A stretch of DNA of 64,000 bases, from positions 1,536,001 through 1,600,000 of the forward strand of contig CAVWPA010000003.1 of the NCBI GenBank assembly GCA_963756875.1. The letters run 5' to 3'. Source of the stretch: an uncultured Verrucomicrobiae bacterium. Its GTDB lineage: Bacteria > Verrucomicrobiota > Verrucomicrobiia > Chthoniobacterales > UBA10450. Positions 16,334 to 26,455 of this stretch are shown here, piece after piece. The notes under the pieces are model-generated. The model made no database searches. It was not told the origin of the DNA and saw nothing but the letters and a program-made list of their open reading frames with translations. The position numbers and the translations under genes were made by a program. Within the stretch, counting starts at the first letter, position 1. Every line of letters begins with the position of its first letter.

Positions 16334-18130
16334 ATGGCCATCGAGTTTACTCGGAATTTCTGCATCATCGCGCACATCGATCACGGCAAGACCACGTTGT
16401 CGGACCGTTTGCTCGAGCGCACGGGGACGATCCACGAACGCGATAAGCAGGATCAATTACTCGACTCGATGGATTTGGAGCGGGAGCGCGGGATCACGAT
16501 CAAGGCGCACCCGGTCACGATGAAATATGTGGCGAGATCGGGCGAGACGTACCGGCTGAATCTGCTCGACACGCCGGGGCACGTCGATTTCGCGTATGAA
16601 GTTTCGCGGAGTCTGGCTGCGGGCGAAGGCGCGCTGTTGGTGGTGGATGCGGCGCAGGGAGTCGAAGCGCAAACAGTGGCGAACGTGCACCTGGCGCACA
16701 AACAAGGGCTGACGATCGTGCCGATTATCAACAAGATCGATTTGCCGAACGCCGACATTGCCAGCGTGCACCGGCAACTGGAAGAGATTCTTGCGATTCC
16801 ATCGGAGGAAGCGATCGATGCCAGCGCGAAAATGGGAATCGGCATCGAGGAAATCCTGGAAGCGATTGTGCAGCGGATTCCGTCGCCGCAGAAGCCGAAG
16901 GACGAAACTTTGCGTGCTCTGGTTTTCGATTCCGTATTCGATATTTACCGCGGCGTGGTTGGTTACGTGCGCGTCGTTTCCGGGACGATGGAAGCGAACC
17001 ACGCAATCAAATTGATGAGCAACGATGCGCGCTACGAGATTAAGGAAGTGGGTGTATTCACGCCGAAGATGTTCGTGCAATCGCGCCTGGAAGCGGGCGA
17101 CGTCGGTTATTTCATCGCCAACATCAAAAGCATCGCCGATATAAAAATCGGCGACACCATCACGGACCAGCGCAATCCGGCGTCCGAGGCGTTGCCCGGA
17201 TTTCAGGAGATCCATCCGATGGTTTTCAGCGGCATTTATCCGATCAACACGGCGGATTTCGAGCATTTGAAAGGGGCGATCGCAAAGCTGCGCTTGAACG
17301 ATTCAGCGTTTATCTACGCGCCGGAAAGTTCGGTGGCGCTTGGTTTTGGTTTTCGCTGCGGTTTCCTGGGCCTGTTGCACATGGAGATTATTCAGGAGCG
17401 ATTGCGTCGTGAGTACAACATGGACATCATCGCGACCTCGCCGAGCGTGGTTTACGAAGTGGTCAACACGCGCGGCGAAACGGTGCTCATCGACAATCCG
17501 GCGCATCTGCCCGACCCGAGCATCATTCGCGAGATCCGGGAACCGATCGTAAAGGCATATGTGCTTTGTCCGAACGAGAGTATCGGAGACATTTTGCAGC
17601 TGATTTTGGAGAAGCGCGGGCAACTGGACCACACCGAGACGCTCGATGCCCGCCGGGTGATGCTGCATTGCGAGCTGCCGTTAAACGAGATCCTGGTCGA
17701 TTTTAACGACAAGATTAAATCGATTACGCGCGGGTACGGTTCGATGGATTATGAGCACTCCGGTTATCGGGCGGCCAGGCTGGTAAAGCTCGATCTGCTA
17801 GTGAACGGGGAACCGGTGGACGCGTTTTCGACGATTGTGCACAAGGACCGGGCGGAGGCGAGGGGCCGCCAGCTTGCGGCGAAGCTAAAGGAAGTGATTC
17901 CGCGCCAGCTTTATCAGGTGGCGATCCAGGCGGCGATCGGCGGAAAAATTATTGCCCGGGAAAGCGTTTCCGCCCTGCGAAAAAACGTGACGGCGAAGTG
18001 CTACGGCGGCGATATTACCCGGAAGCGCAAATTGCTGGAGAAACAAAAAGAAGGAAAGAAACGGATGAAGAGCATCGGGAAGATCAATATTCCGCAGGAA
18101 GCGTTTATTGAGGTGCTCAAAGCGCAGTAG
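16334..18130 (+). CDS. lepA: Translation elongation factor 4
   Basis: RNFCIIAHIDHGK, DTPGHVDF, GFRCGFLGLLH, KCYGGDITRKRKLL. Confidence 0.98.
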   Translation: MAIEFTRNFCIIAHIDHGKTTLSDRLLERTGTIHERDKQDQLLDSMDLERERGITIKAHPVTMKYVARSGETYRLNLLDTPGHVDFAYEVSRSLAAGEGALLVVDAAQGVEAQTVANVHLAHKQGLTIVPIINKIDLPNADIASVHRQLEEILAIPSEEAIDASAKMGIGIEEILEAIVQRIPSPQKPKDETLRALVFDSVFDIYRGVVGYVRVVSGTMEANHAIKLMSNDARYEIKEVGVFTPKMFVQSRLEAGDVGYFIANIKSIADIKIGDTITDQRNPASEALPGFQEIHPMVFSGIYPINTADFEHLKGAIAKLRLNDSAFIYAPESSVALGFGFRCGFLGLLHMEIIQERLRREYNMDIIATSPSVVYEVVNTRGETVLIDNPAHLPDPSIIREIREPIVKAYVLCPNESIGDILQLILEKRGQLDHTETLDARRVMLHCELPLNEILVDFNDKIKSITRGYGSMDYEHSGYRAARLVKLDLLVNGEPVDAFSTIVHKDRAEARGRQLAAKLKEVIPRQLYQVAIQAAIGGKIIARESVSALRKNVTAKCYGGDITRKRKLLEKQKEGKKRMKSIGKINIPQEAFIEVLKAQ

Positions 18131-18139
18131 AACTGCGCT

Positions 18140-18575
18140 TTGAAATGACGAATGACGAATGACGAAGGACGCAAAGAATTTGCTAAGGGGCAAGGGGAAA
18201 GGACGAGGGGGAAAACGCCGAACGCCCAACGCCCAACGCCCAATGCAGAAGAATCGAGCACGAGCATGAGCAGGAGCAGGGCTGAAAGAAGAAAACGCCG
18301 AACGCCGAACGCCGAACGTCCAATGCAAAATGCAGAAGAATCGAGCATGAGCATGAGCAGGAGCAGGAGAGCAGGAGCAGGAGCATGAGCAGGAGCATGA
18401 AATCCGAATGACCGCCAAATATTGAAAGCACCATGAACGTCGGAAGCACCAAATCCCAAACCCCAAGCACCAGAGAAGCACCAATTACCAAGCTTCAAAA
18501 CGTTAGCGGCAGTGATTTGAATATTGGAGTTTGGAGTTTCCCTGGGGCCTGGAGGTTGGTGCTTGGTGCTTTTAT
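18140..18575. repeat. Repeat mosaic (gaatgac, aacgccg, gagcag, caaatcccaa.. and inverted ttgg..tt modules)
   Basis: Direct reading. Confidence 0.85.
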
Positions 18576-18610
18576 CGTTTCGGTATCCACTACATAACGG
18601 TCACAACTCC

Positions 18611-19702
18611 ATGTTTACGGCGCGTTATATTAAGCACAGCAAGCTACTGCTTCGGCATGCGCAGAAATATTTGCGCTACAAGGGGGACGTATTGGACGCG
18701 GCAACGGCGGACGAGATCGAGGCCGAGATGCGCAGATTGAAGGCGGCGCTGCGGCAACGGAATCATAAACAAATCGAGACCCACGCCGAAGCGCTGGATG
18801 CGAGACTGCACAAGCTCACGCCGATTACGTGGGAGTCGCACTGGCGGGAAAATTGCGAAGTGATCCTGGTCGCGATTGTGGTGGCGGTCGGAATTCGTTC
18901 TTACTTTTTGCAACCGTTCAAGATTCCAACCGGGTCGATGCAGCCGACGTTGGACGGGATTGTGGGCTATCCCACCACCGAGCCGTCTCCGAATATTTTG
19001 GTGCAAGCGGTCGAGTTCGTCGCGCGCGGCCGGAATTACATCAATGTCGTGTCGCGTGAAAACGACCAGATCCTGCAGGTGGAGCAGAGGAAGTTTTTCT
19101 TTTTCTTCACGTTCTCGCGGGTCATCTGCGAACACCAGAAGTTCCTGGTCTATTCCGCGCCGGAGACGTTACGGCACGACTTCAACGTGTTTGCCGGCCG
19201 CAACATCGGGCGCGGCGAGGTCGTGGCGCGGGGCTACATCGACACGGGCGACCAGGTTTTCGTGGACAAGTTCACGTATAATTTTGTCAAACCGCACCGG
19301 GGAGACGTGTTCGTGTTCCGGACAAACCACATCCCCGGGATCCCGGGGGACCCGGAGAGCGGCCAGCCCTTCTATATTAAGAGGCTCGGCGGGGTGCCGG
19401 GCGACACGCTGCGGATCGACTCGCCTTTGTTGTATGTGAACGGGAAGATTCCGGAGAGTTTCGGTCTTAGACGAGTAATGAACGCCAAAAGCCCTTATCG
19501 CGGTTATGGTCCGGGGCGCGATTATCTGGGCCGGCCTGACAGCGAGTACACGGTGCCGGCGCACTGCTACTTCGCGCTGGGGGACAACAGTTACAACAGC
19601 TACGACAGCCGCTATTGGGGACCAGTGCCCGAGGACGACCTGGTCGGACGCGGGTTGATTGTTTACTGGCCGTTTATTCCGCATTTCGGTTTGATTCGTT
19701 AG
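18611..19702 (+). CDS. lepB: Signal peptidase I
   Basis: QPFKIPTGSMQPTL, YIKRL, GDNSYNSYDSRYWG; follows lepA. Confidence 0.93.
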   Translation: MFTARYIKHSKLLLRHAQKYLRYKGDVLDAATADEIEAEMRRLKAALRQRNHKQIETHAEALDARLHKLTPITWESHWRENCEVILVAIVVAVGIRSYFLQPFKIPTGSMQPTLDGIVGYPTTEPSPNILVQAVEFVARGRNYINVVSRENDQILQVEQRKFFFFFTFSRVICEHQKFLVYSAPETLRHDFNVFAGRNIGRGEVVARGYIDTGDQVFVDKFTYNFVKPHRGDVFVFRTNHIPGIPGDPESGQPFYIKRLGGVPGDTLRIDSPLLYVNGKIPESFGLRRVMNAKSPYRGYGPGRDYLGRPDSEYTVPAHCYFALGDNSYNSYDSRYWGPVPEDDLVGRGLIVYWPFIPHFGLIR

Positions 19703-19717
19703 GGAGAGGCTGATAGT

Positions 19718-19800
19718 GGAGAATGGAGTAATGGAGTAATGGAGCAATGAGCGGTTTCTTATTTCCAGTACTCCGTTACTCCAATACTCCATCACTCCAC
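19718..19800. repeat. Inverted pair of octamer tandem repeats (ggagtaat / tactcc..)
   Basis: ggagaatggagtaatggagtaatggagcaat ... tactccgttactccaatactccatcactcc. Confidence 0.8.
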
Positions 19801-19818
19801 CGTTCCTTTTGAGCGGCA

Positions 19819-20997
19819 ATGTCGCCGAATATTCCCCGCGTCTATCTGCTGCTCGGCTTTTTCAGCGGCTATGCGCTGGTCATGCTGTTCAATCCAGTGC
19901 GGCTGGCTTTACGCGACGGTCTCCGCTGCATCTCTCGATACAAGCGCGTCTGGCTGACTTTTGCCCTGCTGGGTTTCGCTTACTTCGTTTTTCAATTCAC
20001 AACCTTCACGCCGATTCGAAGCTCGGCCGATCTCGACCTGGGCCAGGTGGCTTCGCTGCCGACCTGGCATTGGCCGAGATTTTCGGAGGTCTGGCAGGAT
20101 GCGCTGCTGCCGGCATTCGAAGGAGTTGCAGGTCTGTTCGACAACGCGACTACGACTTATCCGCTCTCGGTGGCGGCGGCGGTGTTCATGATGATGAACT
20201 GGCGCGGCCTGCACAGCGCCCTGGTGCGCGCGTTGCGCCAGCGATACCGGTTTCGCGGTTATCTCATTTACTTCATTCTGTTGCTTAGCGCGCTGGCCGC
20301 TTTTTTGAAACCGATCGTCTTTTGGGCGTTGCCGGTGTGGGGCGGTTTGCTTCCCGCGGGCGGCCTGTTGCAAATTTCGGCCAGCGTCGATGCAGCATCG
20401 TTCATTTTTGAATATCTATTTGGCGTTTACATCCAGGTGTACCTGATCACGGTCTGTTTCGCCTGGATCCGCGGACTTAGTTTTGAGGAAGGCGAACTTT
20501 TCCGGTTTGCCATGCGCCGTTTCAGCTACGTCTTGAAATGGGCCGGCATCGTCGTGCTGGTGAGCATGTTGATCGTGCGGATGCCGCTGCTTCTCGCTTA
20601 CTTTATGAATATTCCAGATGTGCTCGATTATCTGCCGATCGAGCGCGCGGCGATGTGCGCGTTGATTATCACTTTTAGTTCCATGCAAGTCTCGCTTGCT
20701 CTGCACAATGAAACTCTGAGGGAAGCGGCGCACGCGCATTGGGAGTTCATTCGGGAGAATTGGAAGCGATTCGGGTGGTTTTTGCTCATTTGCGCGCTGC
20801 ATTTCTTTATGCTCATGGCATGCGACGGGATCGTGCGCGGGGCGATCGGCGATCGTTTGGTCATGGTGGTGCTTTGGAGATCTTTGTTTGTCGTCGCGCG
20901 CGGGTTTGTTACCGGCTGGTTGCTGGCTTCGTGGGTTTGTCTTTTCCGGCGAGGCGGAACAGGTCACGTTTACCAGCAAAGCTGGATCCAATATTAG
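19819..20997 (+). CDS. Polytopic membrane protein, unknown function
   Basis: 392-aa ORF with many hydrophobic segments. Confidence 0.8.
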   Translation: MSPNIPRVYLLLGFFSGYALVMLFNPVRLALRDGLRCISRYKRVWLTFALLGFAYFVFQFTTFTPIRSSADLDLGQVASLPTWHWPRFSEVWQDALLPAFEGVAGLFDNATTTYPLSVAAAVFMMMNWRGLHSALVRALRQRYRFRGYLIYFILLLSALAAFLKPIVFWALPVWGGLLPAGGLLQISASVDAASFIFEYLFGVYIQVYLITVCFAWIRGLSFEEGELFRFAMRRFSYVLKWAGIVVLVSMLIVRMPLLLAYFMNIPDVLDYLPIERAAMCALIITFSSMQVSLALHNETLREAAHAHWEFIRENWKRFGWFLLICALHFFMLMACDGIVRGAIGDRLVMVVLWRSLFVVARGFVTGWLLASWVCLFRRGGTGHVYQQSWIQY

Positions 20998-21016
20998 ACA
21001 AGGTTTTACTCCCAGC

Positions 21017-21835
21017 GTGAACGCGGCGAAAATTACACGTGAAAGCAGGTCGAACCTGGCGCTGGCATTTATTTCGTTAGGCCGGGAGCGCCGGCGCGAT
21101 ATCACGGTGTTTTATGCTTTTTGCCGGGTCATCGACGACGTAGCAGACGATCCCAATCTGAGCGTGGAGGAAAAGAAACGCCGGCTCGATGCGTGGCGAG
21201 GCTGGCTGCACGCTCCGGGGCAGGGAGAGCCGTCACTCGCGGGCGACATTCGCCATTTGATGCAAAAGTATTCGCTCGCCCCGGAAATGTTCGAAGAAAT
21301 CATCGCCGGCGTGGAAATGGATCTGACTCAGCGGCGCTATCCGACTTTCGAGAAGCTGCGCGTTTATTGTTATCGAGTGGCCAGCGCTGTCGGTCTGGTC
21401 AGCATCGAGATTTTTGGATATCGCAATCCCGCCTGCAAAGAGTATGCGATCCAACTGGGGCTCGCGTTGCAAATGACCAACATCATTCGCGATGTCGGCA
21501 AGGACCTGCGCCAGGGGCGAATTTATTTGCCGCAGGAAGACTTGGTCGCTTTCGATTATTCGGAGGCGGAGTTGCAGGAACGTCAATATGACGATCGCTT
21601 TATTCAACTGATGGAATTCGAGGCAAAGCGCGCCCGGGAATTTTTCGCGCGGGCCGCGGCCATTCTTCCGGCGGAAGATCGACGATCGATGGTCGCGGCG
21701 GAAATCATGGCGTCGATTTATCGGGCCCTTTTGCGCCGCATGGAGCTCGACAAATTCCGTGTCTTCGAAAAGGAGTATCGGTTGAGCAAATTGGAGAAGG
21801 CCGGCCGGATCGCGATCCGGTTGTTGAGAAGGTAA
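21017..21835 (+). CDS. Squalene/phytoene synthase family (HpnD-like)
   Basis: YAFCRVIDDVADD, YCYRVASAVG, LGLALQMTNIIRDVGKD..GRIYLP. Confidence 0.88.
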   Translation: MNAAKITRESRSNLALAFISLGRERRRDITVFYAFCRVIDDVADDPNLSVEEKKRRLDAWRGWLHAPGQGEPSLAGDIRHLMQKYSLAPEMFEEIIAGVEMDLTQRRYPTFEKLRVYCYRVASAVGLVSIEIFGYRNPACKEYAIQLGLALQMTNIIRDVGKDLRQGRIYLPQEDLVAFDYSEAELQERQYDDRFIQLMEFEAKRAREFFARAAAILPAEDRRSMVAAEIMASIYRALLRRMELDKFRVFEKEYRLSKLEKAGRIAIRLLRR

Positions 21836-22475
21836 GGGGGGAGAAAGCACCAAATTCCAAGCACCAACTCCGAAAGCTTTCGCGAGCAGGCCACCAGGGA
21901 AGCTCCAATGATTAAGCTCCAAGGTCGGAGGCTGGCTAAGGGGCAAGGGCAAAGGGCGAAGGGCGAAAAGGGCGAGGGGGAAAACGCCGAACGTTCAACG
22001 TCGAAGGCAGAGAGCTGGGAGCGTGGAGGGATTGAAAGCACCAAATTCCAAGCACCAATGACAGAGGACAGAGGACAGAGGACGGAGGGATTGAAAGCAC
22101 CAAGCACCAAGCACCAAGTTCCAACTCCGAAAGCTTCGCGAGCAGGCCACCAGGGAAGCTCCAATGATTAAGCTCCAAAGGGGGGAGGCTCGAGCCTTCG
22201 TTACCTTCGTTTCCTTTTGTGAAAATTTCGGGGTTGGGAAGCAGGCTGCTTCCCCTACAGAGATTTCGATTTCGCGTTAATTCGCGTGCTTCGCGGGAAT
22301 CAAATCTGAATCGGTGAAGTTCGCGGATGCGAGGGCGCATCCGCCAACACGCGAGGCGCCCGCACACGGCGGGCAGGCAGTGTGCTCCCCGGAACAATGT
22401 CGAGGACAGAGGACGGAGGACGGAGGGAAAGATGAGGAGGCAAGCGAGGCAAGCGGAGCGCTTGCCCTACAACCA
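21836..22475. repeat. Repeat mosaic with nested hairpins and REP half-sites
   Basis: aagcacc tandem repeats, two tccgaaagc(t)ttcgcgagcaggc copies, gacagag, gcgcttgccctacaa. Confidence 0.85.
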
Positions 22476-22669
22476 GGATTTGCGCGGCGGGTATCGAGTG
22501 CTTTTGAATCTTTCTCAAGAACATCCGTCTGACCTTTGCGTTGCGAAATCTTGGGAAGCTCGCCACTATGAGAATGGCGTGGCGCGGAGATCGAATAATT
22601 AAGAGTTTTTTTTATTCTGTGCTGCAACTTCCGTCCAACTACTGCGGTTTAACTAGAGATCAGGCAATT

Positions 22670-23059
22670 ATGAATAAGAAGATCTTCGGAATCATTTCAT
22701 CCATTTCGGTGCTGGCGTTTGCTTTTAGCTCGTGCGATCAGCCGACCGGCAAGGGCGCTGCGTACGGGGCAGGGGCCGGCGCGATTTTGGGAGCTGCTGC
22801 AACCGGCCGCGTGCGTGGCGCGGCAATCGGCGCGGCCGCGGGTGCAGCTGCCGGCGCATTGATCGGGCGTTCCATTCAGGAAGATCAGTCCGGAAGCTAC
22901 GGTCCTCCTCCGCCAGGGGGATTTCCATACGGACGTTATGCCGGGACGCCTGGTTTCTATCACAGCCCTTACACGGGCCGCGTTTATGATCTGAGCGGTG
23001 TGCCACATGGTGGGCTGACTCGGGATGTGGACACTGGGCAGTTATTTCGGCGTCCATAA
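22670..23059 (+). CDS. Glycine-zipper lipoprotein
   Basis: AFSSC lipobox; GAAYGAGAGAILGA...GAAIGAAAGAAAGALIG. Confidence 0.8.
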   Translation: MNKKIFGIISSISVLAFAFSSCDQPTGKGAAYGAGAGAILGAAATGRVRGAAIGAAAGAAAGALIGRSIQEDQSGSYGPPPPGGFPYGRYAGTPGFYHSPYTGRVYDLSGVPHGGLTRDVDTGQLFRRP

Positions 23060-23222
23060 AGAAAAGCACCAAATCCCAAACCCCAACTCCGAAAGTCTTC
23101 GCGAGCGGGCCTCCAGGGAAGTTCCAAATTTCAAACTTCAAAAGCTGTGGCATCGCGCATCGATTGCCTCGGTGCTTGATGCTTGGTGCTTCTTTGGATG
23201 TTCGTGCTTGGAATTTGGTGCT

Positions 23223-24761
23223 TTAGCCCGTGTTCCTCTGTAGTTCGTCCACCAGCTTTTTGGCTTCGTCGGACATCTTCAGAATCTCCGGCCATTGCCG
23301 GTGGTAATTTTCGCCGGGTAACTTGCGGGTGGCATCGAATCCCATGTGGGAGCCGATGTTTTGTTCGCTCGGCGCGTGATCGAGCGAATCGCTTGGGTTT
23401 CTGATGATCGTGGTATCGCGTTCCGGATCGGTATTGGCGCACAACCGGAAGAGCACTTCGCTGGTGTTGTGCACGTCGCAATCCTCGTCCACCACCACGA
23501 TGTATTTGCTGAACATCATTTGTCCCATTCCCCACAACCCGTGCATCACTTTGAAGGCTTGATAGGGATACTGTTTTCGAATGCTCACGAAAACGAGATT
23601 GTGAAATACGCCTTCCGCCGGCAACGTCATGTCCACCAGTTCCGGGAAATTCATTTTGAATACCGGCAGGAAAATGCGCACGGACGCGTCGCCCATGTAA
23701 AAATCTTCCATGGGTGGAATGCCCACGATCGTTGTCGGATAAATCGCATCGCGCCGATGGGTGATGGCCGTGATGTGGAACACGGGATAATCCTCGACCG
23801 CGGTGTAATAACCGGTGTGATCGCCGAACGGCCCTTCGGGGCGCATTTCGCCGGGTTGCACATAACCTTCCAGGACAAAGTCCACATCGGCCGGCACGTC
23901 GATATCGATGGTTTTGCACTTTACCAATTCGACCGACTTCCTTCGCAAAAATCCCGCGAACAAAATTTCGTCGAGCCCGTCGGGCAACGGAGCGGTTGCG
24001 GCAAACGAATAGGCGGGATCGCCGCCGAGAGTGACCGCGACCGGCATCCGTTCGTTGCGTTCGTAATACCGTTTACCGTGGCGGGCCCCGACCTTGTGGA
24101 TTTGCCAGTGCATCGCAGTCGTCCGGTCGTCAAAAATCTGCATTCGATACACGCCGACGTTGCGCGCGCCGGTTTCCGGGTCGCGCGTGTGCACATTCGG
24201 GAGTGTGATGAAACGTCCGCCGTCTTTCGGCCAGCATTTCAGAATCGGCAGATCGCGGAGGGTAATCGAAGCCGATGCTGGATCCTTGATACTCGATACT
24301 CGATTTTTCGCCGGGCTGTCCTTCTCATCCAGCATCGAGAATCCAGCATCAAGTATCTCGACTATTTCCTGGCACGCCCCTTCCTTCACGTGCTTCGGGC
24401 GCGCATGAAGCAAATGCATTCCCTGTTTGAGCAGGCTCCAGCCTTCGCGCAGATCGGTCGGCGGTTTTGCCTTGAGAATGAGATGAATTTCCTGGGCGAT
24501 CTCATCGACGTTTTCGCGCCCGAGCGCCATGGCGATTCGCCGGCGCGAGCCCATGGTGTTGATCGCCACCGGGAACTGTGAAATTTTTCCATCGACAGTG
24601 GGCTGCTCGAAAAGCAGCGCCTTTCCGCCACCGGGCGATTTCATTTCGCGATCGGCCCATTCCGCGATGAGCAGATCGGTATCGACCGGGACTGCGACCC
24701 GTTTTAGCTCGCCTGCCTGCTCGAGCGCTTCGAGGAAATCCCGGAACGAGCGGTGAGCCAT
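23223..24761 (-). CDS. UbiD-family (menaquinone-pathway-type) decarboxylase with in-frame repeat insertion
   Basis: CWPKDGGRFIT, RNVGVYRMQ, EGPFGDHTGYY. Confidence 0.92.
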   Translation of the reverse strand: MAHRSFRDFLEALEQAGELKRVAVPVDTDLLIAEWADREMKSPGGGKALLFEQPTVDGKISQFPVAINTMGSRRRIAMALGRENVDEIAQEIHLILKAKPPTDLREGWSLLKQGMHLLHARPKHVKEGACQEIVEILDAGFSMLDEKDSPAKNRVSSIKDPASASITLRDLPILKCWPKDGGRFITLPNVHTRDPETGARNVGVYRMQIFDDRTTAMHWQIHKVGARHGKRYYERNERMPVAVTLGGDPAYSFAATAPLPDGLDEILFAGFLRRKSVELVKCKTIDIDVPADVDFVLEGYVQPGEMRPEGPFGDHTGYYTAVEDYPVFHITAITHRRDAIYPTTIVGIPPMEDFYMGDASVRIFLPVFKMNFPELVDMTLPAEGVFHNLVFVSIRKQYPYQAFKVMHGLWGMGQMMFSKYIVVVDEDCDVHNTSEVLFRLCANTDPERDTTIIRNPSDSLDHAPSEQNIGSHMGFDATRKLPGENYHRQWPEILKMSDEAKKLVDELQRNTG

Positions 24762-24827
24762 GGATGGATGCGGGCCGCTACACTGGGTTGGCTGGGTGGC
24801 CGGCCGGTTTCGAATTTCCAGTCCGCG

Positions 24828-25367
24828 CTACGATTGCTGCAGTATTTGGAACGAGACAACACGTCCGCGCGAGAAAGTGACCGTTTTGTACGGATAGGGA
24901 ATGCTTGGCGGAATGTAGGAGTAGAAAAACGGATCGTAGAACGGGCTGCCTGCGAAGATGAAGGCACGGCCATGATGATGGGTGCGGACAAATCCAACGG
25001 TTCCAAATCCGTACCCGAAGCCCGGACCATATCCGTATGGTCCGTGGCGGTATGGGCCATACGGATAACCGTAGGGACCGTATGGGGCGGACGCATAGTG
25101 CACGTAGATCCAGGTTTCGGTCTCGTGCCCGCGCATGTTTCCAGAGACCTTCTGGTCGGGCGATCCCCAGGCCAGCCAAACCGCGCTTTGCGGCATTCCA
25201 ATGCGAATCTGCCCATGGCTTGCCAACGCCTGGTCTCTGGCCGAAAGGCTTTGGTAAATGTCAGGGCGATCGGAAATTCGCGTTTCAACAGTCGAACAAC
25301 CTGTGAGGATCATCGCGCCGGCGCAGAGACCGGATGTCAGCGCTATGGAAAGAAATTGACGCTTCAT
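24828..25367 (-). CDS. Lipoprotein, unknown function
   Basis: ILTGC lipobox; IRIGM...V.LAWGSPD. Confidence 0.8.
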   Translation of the reverse strand: MKRQFLSIALTSGLCAGAMILTGCSTVETRISDRPDIYQSLSARDQALASHGQIRIGMPQSAVWLAWGSPDQKVSGNMRGHETETWIYVHYASAPYGPYGYPYGPYRHGPYGYGPGFGYGFGTVGFVRTHHHGRAFIFAGSPFYDPFFYSYIPPSIPYPYKTVTFSRGRVVSFQILQQS

Positions 25368-25413
25368 AAAAAAATCATACAGCCGCGGAATTTTGAGTCA
25401 ATGTGTCACTTTC

Positions 25414-25442
25414 TTGATTCAACACCGCCGCGACCGTAAAGT
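25414..25442 (+). promoter_or_regulatory. Putative sigma70 promoter of moaA (leaderless or short leader)
   Basis: TTGATT-17-TAAAGT, 8 nt before ATG. Confidence 0.55.
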
Positions 25443-25450
25443 CGCGCAAA

Positions 25451-26452
25451 ATGGAAGATCGTTTTGGCCATCGCATTTCGTATTTGCGCGTTTCGATCAC
25501 CGACCGCTGCAACGAGCGTTGCACGTACTGCATGCCGCAGGAGTTGCAGGAGTGGCTTCCGCGCGCGGAAATTCTTAGTTACGAAGAAACGCAGCGCATC
25601 ATTCGCATCGCGGCGGGGCTCGGCGTCACCAAAGTGCGCGTGACCGGCGGCGAACCGCTGACGCGCCGGGACGTGATCGATTTCATCCGCGCGATTCCGG
25701 GAATTCCCGGTATTCGCAGCCTTGGCCTCTCGACAAACGGAACATTACTTGCCCGTGAGGTTGGGCCCGGCAAAACGATGGCGGCGGCATTGCGCGATGC
25801 CGGAGTGCAATCTCTCAACATCTCGCTCGATACCCTGGATCCCGACGTTTATGCGCAAATCACCGGGCGCGATTTTCACGGACAAGCGCTCGATGGAATT
25901 GCGGCTGCGATCGCCGCCGGTTTCGAGCAGATCAAGTTGAACGCGGTTCTGATGCGCGGTCGCAATGAGGACCAGCTCATTCCGCTGCTCGAATTCGCGG
26001 GCACCTGCAAGCTGATCCTGCGTTTTATCGAGATGATGCCGGTCAGCACAACCGAAGTCTTGAGCGAAAAGAATTTCATGCCGGTATTGGAAGCGAAGCG
26101 AATGATTGAGTCGCGTTACGGCGCGTTAATCCCGGAACCGGCATTTCAGACAAACGGTCCGGCCACGTACTATCAAATCCCCGGCCGCGAACAGCGGGTC
26201 GGATTTATCGGGGCGATGACGAACCTGCATTTCTGCGAGAGCTGCAACAAACTGCGTCTCACCTGCGACGGCAAATTGCGTCCGTGTCTGGGGAGCTATC
26301 TCGAATTCGATATTATGAAACCGCTCCGGGCCGGCGCGAGCGACGAGGAGCTGCGCCAGTTCTTTATCGGTGTGGTCGATCGCAAACCGGAGCAGCACGA
26401 TTTCCGGAACAATTATCAGCCGGACCGCAAAATGATAGCGATTGGCGGCTGA
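25451..26452 (+). CDS. moaA: GTP 3',8-cyclase
   Basis: YLRVSITDRCNERCTYCMP, TGGEP, FCESCNKLRLT..G.LRPCL, C-terminal IGG. Confidence 0.96.
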   Translation: MEDRFGHRISYLRVSITDRCNERCTYCMPQELQEWLPRAEILSYEETQRIIRIAAGLGVTKVRVTGGEPLTRRDVIDFIRAIPGIPGIRSLGLSTNGTLLAREVGPGKTMAAALRDAGVQSLNISLDTLDPDVYAQITGRDFHGQALDGIAAAIAAGFEQIKLNAVLMRGRNEDQLIPLLEFAGTCKLILRFIEMMPVSTTEVLSEKNFMPVLEAKRMIESRYGALIPEPAFQTNGPATYYQIPGREQRVGFIGAMTNLHFCESCNKLRLTCDGKLRPCLGSYLEFDIMKPLRAGASDEELRQFFIGVVDRKPEQHDFRNNYQPDRKMIAIGG

Positions 26453-26455
26453 GCG

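Noticed and set aside
14754..16523. Long ORFs with RTEDRGQ / PLSSVLC repeats (also 17885-18498, 21718-22627)
   Set aside because: Translations of non-coding heptamer repeats, open in several frames on both strands.
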